The position numbers and the translations under genes are program-made. A DNA stretch of 64,000 nt from Myxococcota bacterium (GTDB lineage Bacteria > Myxococcota_A > UBA9160 > SMWR01): NCBI GenBank assembly GCA_035541475.1, contig DATKND010000025.1, forward strand, positions 4,377-68,376. The letters are read 5' to 3'. Of the stretch, positions 26,764 to 34,391 are shown piece by piece (position 1 is the stretch's first letter; every line of letters starts with the position of its first letter). Under the pieces are notes generated by a model. The model did not search any database. It was not told the DNA's origin and worked only from the letters and a program-made list of their open reading frames with translations.

Positions 26764-27564
26764 GTGAAGGTCGAAGACTTCTCCGTCCTGATCCTCGCCG
26801 GCCGGCGCGGACCTCACGACGCGCTGGCGGAGAGCCGCGGCGCGACGCACCGCGCGCTGCTTCCGGTCGACGGCATCCCGATGCTCGTACGCGTCGTGCG
26901 GACCTTGCGAGCCGCAGGGCTGGAGCGGATCCACGTGAGCATCGACTCGCCCGAGCTGCTCGAGGCGGAGCCGGAGCTCGCGGCGCTCCATCGCGAGAGC
27001 GCGCTCGAGATCGATCGCAGCGAGGGCTCTCCGTCGCGCAGCGTCGCCTCCGCGCTCGCCCCGGACGCGATGCTGCCCTGCCTCGTCACGACGGCCGATC
27101 ACGCCCTCCTCACGCCCGAGATGGTCCGACACTTTCTCGGAGAGGCGTGCCGCTCGTCGGCCGATCTGCTGATCGGGATGGTGGCGGCGTCGGTCGTGCA
27201 GCGCGCGTACCCCGAGACTCGCCGCACCTATCTGCGGCTGCGCGGTGAGGCGTGGTCCGGCGCCAATCTGTTCGCCTTTCGCACACCGCGCGCGCGGCGC
27301 GTCGCCGACTTCTACGTCCGCGCGGAGCGCTTCCGCAAGCAGCCGTGGCGACTCGTCGCCGCGCTCGGTCCGTCACTGCTGCTCCTCTACGGACTGCGGC
27401 GCCTGGATCTCGACGGCGCGCTGGCGCGAGGCTCGCCGCGACTCGGCGCGCAAGTCGCCGCAGTGCACATGCCGCAGGCCGAGGCCGCGATCGATGTCGA
27501 CCGCGAGGGCGATCTCGTGCTCGCCGAGAGGATCTTGCGCGACCGCGCGGCGATCGCTCGCTAG
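26764..27564 (+). CDS. MobA-like (NTP_transf_3) nucleotidyltransferase
   Basis: GTG start. SVLILAGRRG ... ALLPVDGIPMLVRVV N-terminal pattern of MobA-like nucleotidyltransferases. Substrate unknown. Confidence 0.65.
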   Translation: MKVEDFSVLILAGRRGPHDALAESRGATHRALLPVDGIPMLVRVVRTLRAAGLERIHVSIDSPELLEAEPELAALHRESALEIDRSEGSPSRSVASALAPDAMLPCLVTTADHALLTPEMVRHFLGEACRSSADLLIGMVAASVVQRAYPETRRTYLRLRGEAWSGANLFAFRTPRARRVADFYVRAERFRKQPWRLVAALGPSLLLLYGLRRLDLDGALARGSPRLGAQVAAVHMPQAEAAIDVDREGDLVLAERILRDRAAIAR

Positions 27565-28556
27565 AGCGCTCGCGCCTCGCCTTCGGCGCGAAAGCGTCCG
27601 CTCCCCGGGTCGAGTCCGCGCGCGCGCAGCGTGAATCGCGGCTTGCCTGCGTCGGACGCGACGTCGATCAGGTGATACTGCGCGCGCTTGCCCGGCTTCG
27701 AGCCGACGTCCGATGCCGAGCACGCGCACACCACCGGGATCTCGCCGTGCGGCCCGGGCAGCGACGCGAAGCGCTGTCGGTGGAGGTGACCGTGCAGCAC
27801 GAGCTCGGCGCCCGCGCGCGCAAGCACCGCAGCGAGCGCCGGTGCGTCCCACAGCGCGCGTCGCCAGGACACCATCCCAGGCACCGGCGCGTGGTGCACG
27901 AGCACGACGCGCACGAGCCCGCGCTCGCGAAGCGCGACGAGCGCCGACTCGAGACGTTCGAGCTGCGCCGCACCGAGCGAGCCGCCGGCGACGAGGGGCG
28001 GCGTCGGATGCGCCGAGCTGAGCCCGACCAGCGCGAGCGGACCGCGCACGCGCACGCTCGGAAAGCCCGACGCGGGATCCACGCGATCGCGCCACTCCGC
28101 GTCGGGACGCAGCCATTCGCTCCACAGCGACCAGGAGCTCTCGCGCGGCACACCGACGTACGCATCGTGATTGCCCGGCACCAGGCTGACCCGCTCGGGA
28201 TCGCCGATCCGCTCGAGCCAGCGGCGCGCGCTCGCGAACTCCTCGACGAGCGAGATGTTCGTCAGATCGCCCGTCACCGCGACGTGATCGGGCGCCTGCG
28301 CGTGCAGATCCTCGATCAGCGCCTCGACGACTTCGGGGCGGTGCACGTGACATCGGTGCAGGCGCCACGAGAGCCAGCCGAGCGCGCGCTTCCCGAGCAG
28401 CGGCAGCGGACTGCGCGGCGCGACCGGCGTCGCGTGCAGGTCGGAGAGATGCGCGAGCGTGTAGATGGCGTCCTCCGCGAGGTCGGCGAACCTAACCCAG
28501 CGCACTCCGCTGTGATACGGTCGCCGGCGCCCATGTCCGCGCCGCCGCGAGAACAC
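27561..28556 (-). CDS. Metallophosphoesterase (calcineurin-like)
   Basis: HLSDLH, TGDLTN, GNHD and LVHHAP / HGHLH motifs appear in the canonical order. The start is ambiguous (GTG 28556 or GTG 28505). Confidence 0.8.
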   Translation of the reverse strand: MFSRRRGHGRRRPYHSGVRWVRFADLAEDAIYTLAHLSDLHATPVAPRSPLPLLGKRALGWLSWRLHRCHVHRPEVVEALIEDLHAQAPDHVAVTGDLTNISLVEEFASARRWLERIGDPERVSLVPGNHDAYVGVPRESSWSLWSEWLRPDAEWRDRVDPASGFPSVRVRGPLALVGLSSAHPTPPLVAGGSLGAAQLERLESALVALRERGLVRVVLVHHAPVPGMVSWRRALWDAPALAAVLARAGAELVLHGHLHRQRFASLPGPHGEIPVVCACSASDVGSKPGKRAQYHLIDVASDAGKPRFTLRARGLDPGSGRFRAEGEARAL

Positions 28557-29711
28557 CGTCGGCCCGGCGCCGCCGAATCCGCCGCGATCGGCTGGATCCT
28601 CGAGAGCGACGCGCGAGAGCGATCGGGCGCCGAGCTCTCGACCTTCGGGCTCACGCCGGGCGAGCGCATGCGCCGCTCGCTGGCCCGCGCGGGCTGCGCG
28701 CCTCGCCGCGTCGACGACGACTCGCTACCCGCGCTCGCACCGTGCGATCGCGTGGCCCTGCTGCGCGCCGATCGCATCCTCGACGAGCGGCTCGTGCGCG
28801 CGCTCGTCCACGCGCCCGACACCTGGCTGGAAGACGAGGCGCTCGGCCCGCTCGGCGCGCAGGTCGTCGCGCAGGATGCGGCGGCGGCGGCGGCGGCGCT
28901 GCGCGGCTGCGCGCGCGCGCCAGGAGGCCTGCGCCGCGTGACGCCCGACGCGCTGGTGCCCGCGTGGCGAGCCGAGCTCCGCAAGAGCGAGCCGCCGTGG
29001 GTCTGCGACGTCCGGCCCGAGCGCGCGCGAGAGATCGAGCGCCGCATCTTCGATGCGTCCTACAAGGGCGCCACCGATCTCGTGACGAAGTGGGTCTGGC
29101 CGATTCCGGCGCGCGCCGTCACGCGCTGGTGTGCCGAGCGCGGCATCTCGCCGAATGCGGTCACGCTCGCGAGCTGGGTGCTCGCCCTCGCCGTGATCGC
29201 TCTCTTCGCGAAGGGTGCCTTCGCGCTCGGGCTGCTGCTCGCCTGGCTCATGACCTTCCTCGACACCGTCGACGGAAAGCTCGCGCGCGTGACGCTCACC
29301 TCGAGTCGCCTCGGGAGCGTGCTCGACCACGGACTCGATCTCCTGCATCCGCCGTTCTGGTACCTGGCGTGGAGCCACGGGCTCGCCGTCCCGTCACCCG
29401 TCGCGACCGCCGTGGCGGTCGGTGGCTACGTCGTCGGCCGCGCGCTCGAAGGCGCCTTCCTCGCGCGCTTTCGCATCGAAGCGCACTCGTGGCGCCCGAT
29501 CGACGCGCTCTTTCGCACGATCACCGCGCGCCGCAACCCGAACCTGATCCTGCTCTCGGTCGGCGCCGCGTGCGGGCGACCCGATCTCGGCCTCGTGATG
29601 GTGGCGCTCTGGACGGTCGTCTCGGTCGGCTTCCACTCGCTGCGGCTCGCTCAGGCCTTTGCGGCAGCGCGGCGCGGCGAGGCCGTTGTCGGCTGGGACG
29701 CTTCGCGATGA
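28533..29711 (+). CDS. CDP-alcohol phosphatidyltransferase family protein with about 130-aa N-terminal cytosolic extension
   Basis: DTVDGKLARVTLTSSRLGSVLDHGLDLLHP fits D-x2-DG-x2-AR...G-x3-D-x3-D, followed by multiple TM helices. The N-extension (FGLTPGERMRRSLARAG) resembles a degenerate nucleotidyltransferase-like domain. The start is uncertain (ATG 28533; alternative ATG 28668). Confidence 0.8.
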   Translation: MSAPPREHRRPGAAESAAIGWILESDARERSGAELSTFGLTPGERMRRSLARAGCAPRRVDDDSLPALAPCDRVALLRADRILDERLVRALVHAPDTWLEDEALGPLGAQVVAQDAAAAAAALRGCARAPGGLRRVTPDALVPAWRAELRKSEPPWVCDVRPERAREIERRIFDASYKGATDLVTKWVWPIPARAVTRWCAERGISPNAVTLASWVLALAVIALFAKGAFALGLLLAWLMTFLDTVDGKLARVTLTSSRLGSVLDHGLDLLHPPFWYLAWSHGLAVPSPVATAVAVGGYVVGRALEGAFLARFRIEAHSWRPIDALFRTITARRNPNLILLSVGAACGRPDLGLVMVALWTVVSVGFHSLRLAQAFAAARRGEAVVGWDASR

Positions 29712-30766
29712 CGCGCGGCCTGCGAGCGCGCGCCGGCGCGCTCGCGGCGCTGGCGCTCGCGCGAGCCGCCCTCGCGGACGGCGCGCCGCCACTCGTCGAT
29801 CCCGCCGCAAAGCGACCCGTCGGTGCGTCGGCCTCGGAGTACTGGGATCTCGTCGCCTCGTTCGAGGGCGGCGTCTGCGTGACCGCGCGCTTCACGATCT
29901 TCGATGAAGGCGCTGGCCGTCATAGCGCGGCCGCCTTCGGCCATTTCTTGCGATCGGACGCCCCGCCGGTCGCATTCCAGAACGGGCGTCGCGACGGGCG
30001 CTGGCGGCTCTCGCCGGACGGACGCCGAATCGAGATCGGCTCGAGCCTGCTCGCGCTGTCGGACACCGCGCGCCACTTCGAGGTCGACAACGACAAACGC
30101 GGCGTGAAGGTGTTCCTCGACTGGAGCACGGACGCCAGCGCGCAGAGCGTGCCGGCTTCGGCGCTGCCGGACTCCTACGCCGTCGACTTGCTCCAGCTCG
30201 CGAGCCCCGTGCGCGCGTCTATACAGGTCGGTGGGATGGCGTCGCCGCTGCGGCTCTCGGGCACGCTGAGCTTGACCCACACGTCGATGTCGGTCGCCGA
30301 GGACGAGCGGGTGCTGCGCCGAACCGACGTGGCCAGCATCGATCCGGACTCGGGCGCCTACCTCCTCGATCTCCTCGACCCCGCGGGCAAACGCTTCTCC
30401 TGGATCTTCGTGAGAGCGGAAGGAGCCTCCGCGCTAACGCGCTCGGGCCTCGATCCACGCTTCGAAAGCGGAGGCGAGAAGAGCGGTTATCCGATTGCGT
30501 CGGGTCTCGTGATCGACCGCGGCGAGGTGCAGGGCCGGATCGCCGTGAAGCCCCCGCGCCTCGAAGTCGACCCGCTGGCCACACTTCCGGCGCCCCTGCG
30601 GATGTTGTACTCCTTGCGCCGTCGTCCGCACCGAAGCTGGGCCGAATCGAGCTACGAGCTCTCGTGGGTGCCCGGGCCGGAGCACCCCGCGGTCCGGGTC
30701 GCGGGCGACGCGATCGCAACGTTCTCCTTCCTCGACGCTCTGCCCCCCGACGAGATCCGACCCTGA
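29708..30766 (+). CDS. Secreted hypothetical protein (possibly lipocalin/CrtC-AttH-like)
   Basis: ATGA overlap with the upstream stop. Signal peptide MTRGLRARAGALAALALARAALA. The fold guess is weak and rests only on the SEYWDL...F.IFDEG pattern. Confidence 0.6.
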   Translation: MTRGLRARAGALAALALARAALADGAPPLVDPAAKRPVGASASEYWDLVASFEGGVCVTARFTIFDEGAGRHSAAAFGHFLRSDAPPVAFQNGRRDGRWRLSPDGRRIEIGSSLLALSDTARHFEVDNDKRGVKVFLDWSTDASAQSVPASALPDSYAVDLLQLASPVRASIQVGGMASPLRLSGTLSLTHTSMSVAEDERVLRRTDVASIDPDSGAYLLDLLDPAGKRFSWIFVRAEGASALTRSGLDPRFESGGEKSGYPIASGLVIDRGEVQGRIAVKPPRLEVDPLATLPAPLRMLYSLRRRPHRSWAESSYELSWVPGPEHPAVRVAGDAIATFSFLDALPPDEIRP

Positions 30767-30792
30767 GCCCCCGGCGACCCGGAGGTCCCAAC

Positions 30793-31746
30793 GTGCGAGT
30801 GGGCGTCCTCAACAACCTGAAGGCGGGCCGCAACCGCAAGCAGGTCTCCCGCGTCCTCGACGTGCTGCGCCGCTATCCGGACGTCGCGCACGTGGAGACC
30901 GAGAGCGTGCGCGATCTGCCCGAAGCGCTCGTCGAGCTGACGCGGCGCGAGGTCGATCTGCTCGTCGTCAACGGCGGCGACGGCACGCTCCAGTACGTGC
31001 TGACGGAGCTCCTCGGCAGCGCCGACCTGCCTTCGCTTCGCTTCGTCGCGCCGCTGCGGGGAGGTCGCACCAACATGACCGCCTCCGATCTCGGCGCGGA
31101 CCCGCGACACGGGCGCGGTCTCGTGTCGCTGCTCGACGCGCTCGCCGCCGGCCGCCTCGACGAGCGCCTGGTGGCGCGCCCGGTGCTGCGCGTCGCGTCG
31201 TCGCGTCGTTCGGGCGTGCAATACGGGATGTTCTTCGGCGCCGGCATGATCCAGCGCGCGGTGGCGCTCGTGCACCGCACCTTCCCGCCCGGGCAGCAAG
31301 GCGTCTTCGGCGCGGGAATCGTGACCGGTGCGCTGATCACCCGGGCCTTCACCAATCCGAGCGACGGCATCCTCACGCCCGACAAGGCGGTCGTGCACGT
31401 GGACGGTCATCCGCTCCGCCACTCGGAGTTCTACCTGCTGATCGCGTCCACCCTCTCGCATCTCTTCCTCGGCATGCGGCCCTTCTGGGGCGACGGCGCC
31501 GGCGGCGTGCGTCTGACCGGCATCTCGAGCCGTCCCCGGCGCAGCATCGTCGCGGCGCCCGGGATCCTGCGCGGGCGCCCGCGGGCATTCGTCACGCCGG
31601 AGAACGGCTACGAGAGCGCGAACGCGCACCGCGCGCAGATCGCGATGGCCTGCGGCTTCACGATCGACGGGGAGATCTTCGCGCCGGAGCCGGACGAACA
31701 GGTCGAGCTCTCCGCCGACCGGAGACTCGCGTTCGTCCGCGCCTGA
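30793..31746 (+). CDS. Diacylglycerol-kinase catalytic-domain lipid kinase (YegS/BmrU-like)
   Basis: GGAGG lies 7 nt before GTG 30793. VGVLNNLKAGRN and the VVNGGDGT signature are present. Confidence 0.8.
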   Translation: MRVGVLNNLKAGRNRKQVSRVLDVLRRYPDVAHVETESVRDLPEALVELTRREVDLLVVNGGDGTLQYVLTELLGSADLPSLRFVAPLRGGRTNMTASDLGADPRHGRGLVSLLDALAAGRLDERLVARPVLRVASSRRSGVQYGMFFGAGMIQRAVALVHRTFPPGQQGVFGAGIVTGALITRAFTNPSDGILTPDKAVVHVDGHPLRHSEFYLLIASTLSHLFLGMRPFWGDGAGGVRLTGISSRPRRSIVAAPGILRGRPRAFVTPENGYESANAHRAQIAMACGFTIDGEIFAPEPDEQVELSADRRLAFVRA

Positions 31747-31747
31747 A

Positions 31748-31872
31748 TGCCGGGCCTTCGCGCTCGCTCTTCGCTCGCGCTCGGGCTACCGGCCTTCGCT
31801 CGGCAAGCCTTTGCGATCTCCGCTCGGCTACGCCTCGCTGCGCGTCGGCCGACTTTGCGGTCGGCCTCCTTG
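31748..31872 (+). repeat. GC-rich intergenic repeat, copy R2 (expanded long variant)
   Basis: GCCGGGCCTTCGC, then three CTTCGC(G)CTCG sub-repeats, then GCTCGGCTACGCCTCGCTGCGCGTCGGCCGAC-TTTGCG-GTCGGCCTCCTTGC. Both ends match copy R5. Confidence 0.8.
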
Positions 31873-31874
31873 CG

Positions 31875-32843
31875 GTGACGAGGGATAGCGGCCTCGCCGC
31901 CCTCGTTCGCGACGAGCTCGTGCGCCCTGCGCCGGCGTCCGCGCAGGCCTTCGCCGAGGAGCTGCGCCGACGCCACGGCGCGTCGCTCGCCGGTGTCCTC
32001 TTCTACGGCTCCTGCCTGCGGCGCGGCAGCGACGAGGGCGTGCTCGACTTCTACGCGCTCGTCGACGACTACCGCGGCGCCTACCGCTCGCACGCGCTGC
32101 GGCTCGCCAACGCCGCGCTGCCGCCGAACGTCTTCTATCTCGAGCTGCCCCGCGGCGACACGAGGCTGCGCGCGAAGTACGCGGTCTTCTCGCTACGCGA
32201 CTTCGCGCGCGCGGTGCAGCTCACGTCGCTGCGCACGGGCACGTGGGCGCGCTTCTGCCAGCCGACGGTGTGCGCGCACGCGCGCGACGACGCTGCGCTC
32301 GCGGCGCTAGTCGATTCGCTGTGCGCGGCCGTCGAGAGCGCCGTGCTGCGCGGGCTGGCGCTGCTGCCGGGCGAAGGGGACGTGCGCGACGTGACGCCCG
32401 AGCCGCTGTGGCTCGGGCTCTTCCGGGACACATATGCCTCGGAGCTGCGTCCCGAGAGCGATGCAGGACCGCGCGCGATCTACGCCGCCGATCCTCCCCG
32501 CTACGCGCGCGCCCTCGCGGCCGCGCTGGACGCGCTGGCGCGAGAGGGCCAAGTTCGCGTGCTCGAGACGGCGGTCGAGCGCTGGCGCGTCGCGTGTCCG
32601 CCCGGGTCGCTCGCGTCCGCGCGTCGGCGCGCCGCGCTGCGGCGGCCGCTGGCGAAGGCCGCCGCCACCGTGCAGCTGCTGAAGAGCGCGCTCACCTTCG
32701 GCGACTGGCTGCCCTACGCGCTCTGGAAGCTCGAACGACACACGGGCACGCGGCTCGAGCCGAGCGAGCGACAGCGACGACACCCTCTCGTGTTCGGGTG
32801 GCCGCTGATCGCCCGCGTGCTCTGGAAGCGCGAGCTGAGATAG
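31875..32843 (+). CDS. Tam41/Mmp37-like protein (putative CDP-diacylglycerol synthase of the mitochondrial type)
   Basis: VLFYGSCLRRGSDEGVLDFYALVDD, PPNVFYLELP....LRAKYAVFSLRDF and TWARFCQP parallel the Tam41 blocks FGYGSGVF / IDFIFGV.D / VYFNPF...IKYGV / W..LY.AGRL.KP. This is a recollection-based match, not a search result. Confidence 0.5.
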   Translation: MTRDSGLAALVRDELVRPAPASAQAFAEELRRRHGASLAGVLFYGSCLRRGSDEGVLDFYALVDDYRGAYRSHALRLANAALPPNVFYLELPRGDTRLRAKYAVFSLRDFARAVQLTSLRTGTWARFCQPTVCAHARDDAALAALVDSLCAAVESAVLRGLALLPGEGDVRDVTPEPLWLGLFRDTYASELRPESDAGPRAIYAADPPRYARALAAALDALAREGQVRVLETAVERWRVACPPGSLASARRRAALRRPLAKAAATVQLLKSALTFGDWLPYALWKLERHTGTRLEPSERQRRHPLVFGWPLIARVLWKRELR

Positions 32844-32845
32844 CA

Positions 32846-32888
32846 AACGCCCGAAGGGCGCGCGCCAGCGAGCCGCAGGCGAGCGAAG
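32846..32888 (-). repeat. GC-rich intergenic repeat, copy R3 (reverse orientation)
   Basis: The reverse complement reads CTTCGCTCGCCTGCGGCTCGCTGGCGCG plus hairpin CGCCC-TTC-GGGCG. Lies between convergent stops 32843 and 32912. Confidence 0.8.
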
Positions 32889-32911
32889 CATCGGAGCAGG
32901 GGAGCTCCGAG

Positions 32912-33394
32912 CTACAACGGGCGGCGCGCCGGACGGCCCTCGCGGTCGAGCGCGGCCGACACCCCGGAGACGACGCCCTTCACGATCTGGACGACGTCGT
33001 GGACGTCGCCATCGATCAGGCGCAGCAGGCGCGCGGCCAGCGCACGCTCGGCGCGCGCGGTCGCGGCGCGACCTTCGTCGGTCAGCTCGAGGCGGATCCC
33101 GCGGCGGTCGGTCGGCACCGGCACGCGGCGCAGCAGGCCCGCCTGCTCGAGACCGTCGACGAGCGAGGTCAGGGTCGGGCGCGAGACCCCGACCGCGTTG
33201 GCCAGCTCGCTCGCGCGCTGCGAGCCGCCGAACGCCGAAACCAGGAGGCGGTACTGCGGGAGGCTGATGCCCGTCGACTGGCAGGTCTGCTCCGCGACCC
33301 GCGCCAGTCGCGCCAGGAGCCGGATGCCCGCCGTGAAGTCGACCGTGTCGGGCTCGGGTCGGATCGAGGGAACAGGGCGCGTGAGCAGGCTCAT
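32912..33394 (-). CDS. MarR family transcriptional regulator
   Basis: GGAGG precedes ATG 33394. ISLPQYRLLVSAF...ASELANAVGVSRPTLTSLVDGLEQAGLLRR...DRRGIRLELT is a winged HTH. Confidence 0.85.
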   Translation of the reverse strand: MSLLTRPVPSIRPEPDTVDFTAGIRLLARLARVAEQTCQSTGISLPQYRLLVSAFGGSQRASELANAVGVSRPTLTSLVDGLEQAGLLRRVPVPTDRRGIRLELTDEGRAATARAERALAARLLRLIDGDVHDVVQIVKGVVSGVSAALDREGRPARRPL

Positions 33395-33511
33395 CGTGAA
33401 CCTCCGAAGCCAGCGGAGCCCGATTATATGACCGTCTCGCCCGATCTGACTACCCCTCAGATGAGGCCGGTCGAGTGTCCCGAGCGCCGGAGTGCAGCGT
33501 CCGCCGCTACC

Positions 33512-34321
33512 GTGGCGCGCGTGCAGGTGGTTCTCCTGACGGGCGCCTCCCAGGGCATCGGCGCGGCGACCGCCCGTCGCCTCGCGGCGCGGGGGCTCGA
33601 GGTCTACGGAACCAGCCGGCGCCCCGAGCGGCTGCCAGAGAGCGCACCGCCGATCCACTGGATCGGGATGGACGTGCGCGACGACGCGTCGGTACAGCAG
33701 GGTGTGTCGGATGCGCTCCAGCGCGCGGGCCGCCTCGATGGGCTCGTCTGCAATGCGGGCTTCGGGATCTTCGGCAGTGTCGAGGAGGTGTCGCTCGCTG
33801 ACGCGCAGTCGCAGTTCGAGACGAACTTCTTCGGCGTGCTGCGCTGCGTGCGCGCGGCCGTGCCGCATCTGCGCAAGCAGGGGAGCGGACGCGTGGTGCT
33901 GGTCGGATCACTGGCCGGGCGCGCGCCCATTCCCTTCCAGTCGCACTACTCCGCTTCCAAGGCGGCGATCGACTCGCTCGCGCAGTCGCTCCACAACGAG
34001 CTCCATGGCAGCGGCGTCCACGTGTCGCTCGTCGAGCCGGGCGACATCCACACCGGCTTCAACGACGAGATCGACTTCTCCTCCGCGGACGCCTCGCCCT
34101 ACGGCGCACGCATCGCGCGCTGCCGCGAGGTGATCGAGCGCTCGCTCGTCGATGCGCCGCCCGCGGACCGCGTCGCGCGGGCGGTCGAGCGCGCGCTCTG
34201 CGACGCGAGGCCGCGCTTCCGCTACGCCGTCGGACGCGAGGCGCCGCTCGTCGCCGTCGGGCGTCGCCTGCTGCCCGAGCGGCTGCTGCTGCGCCTGCTG
34301 CGCGGTCACTTCGGAATCTAA
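33512..34321 (+). CDS. Short-chain dehydrogenase/reductase
   Basis: [17 protein letters not shown] and YSASKAA motifs. The start is uncertain (in-frame ATG 33428/33461, GTG 33512/33521). Confidence 0.85.
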   Translation: MARVQVVLLTGASQGIGAATARRLAARGLEVYGTSRRPERLPESAPPIHWIGMDVRDDASVQQGVSDALQRAGRLDGLVCNAGFGIFGSVEEVSLADAQSQFETNFFGVLRCVRAAVPHLRKQGSGRVVLVGSLAGRAPIPFQSHYSASKAAIDSLAQSLHNELHGSGVHVSLVEPGDIHTGFNDEIDFSSADASPYGARIARCREVIERSLVDAPPADRVARAVERALCDARPRFRYAVGREAPLVAVGRRLLPERLLLRLLRGHFGI

Positions 34322-34391
34322 AGGGTCGCGTGCTAGGGTCCGCCTCTTTCCCACCGCGCGCGCGGTGCGCTCCGAGGAGCAGGAACCTTCG

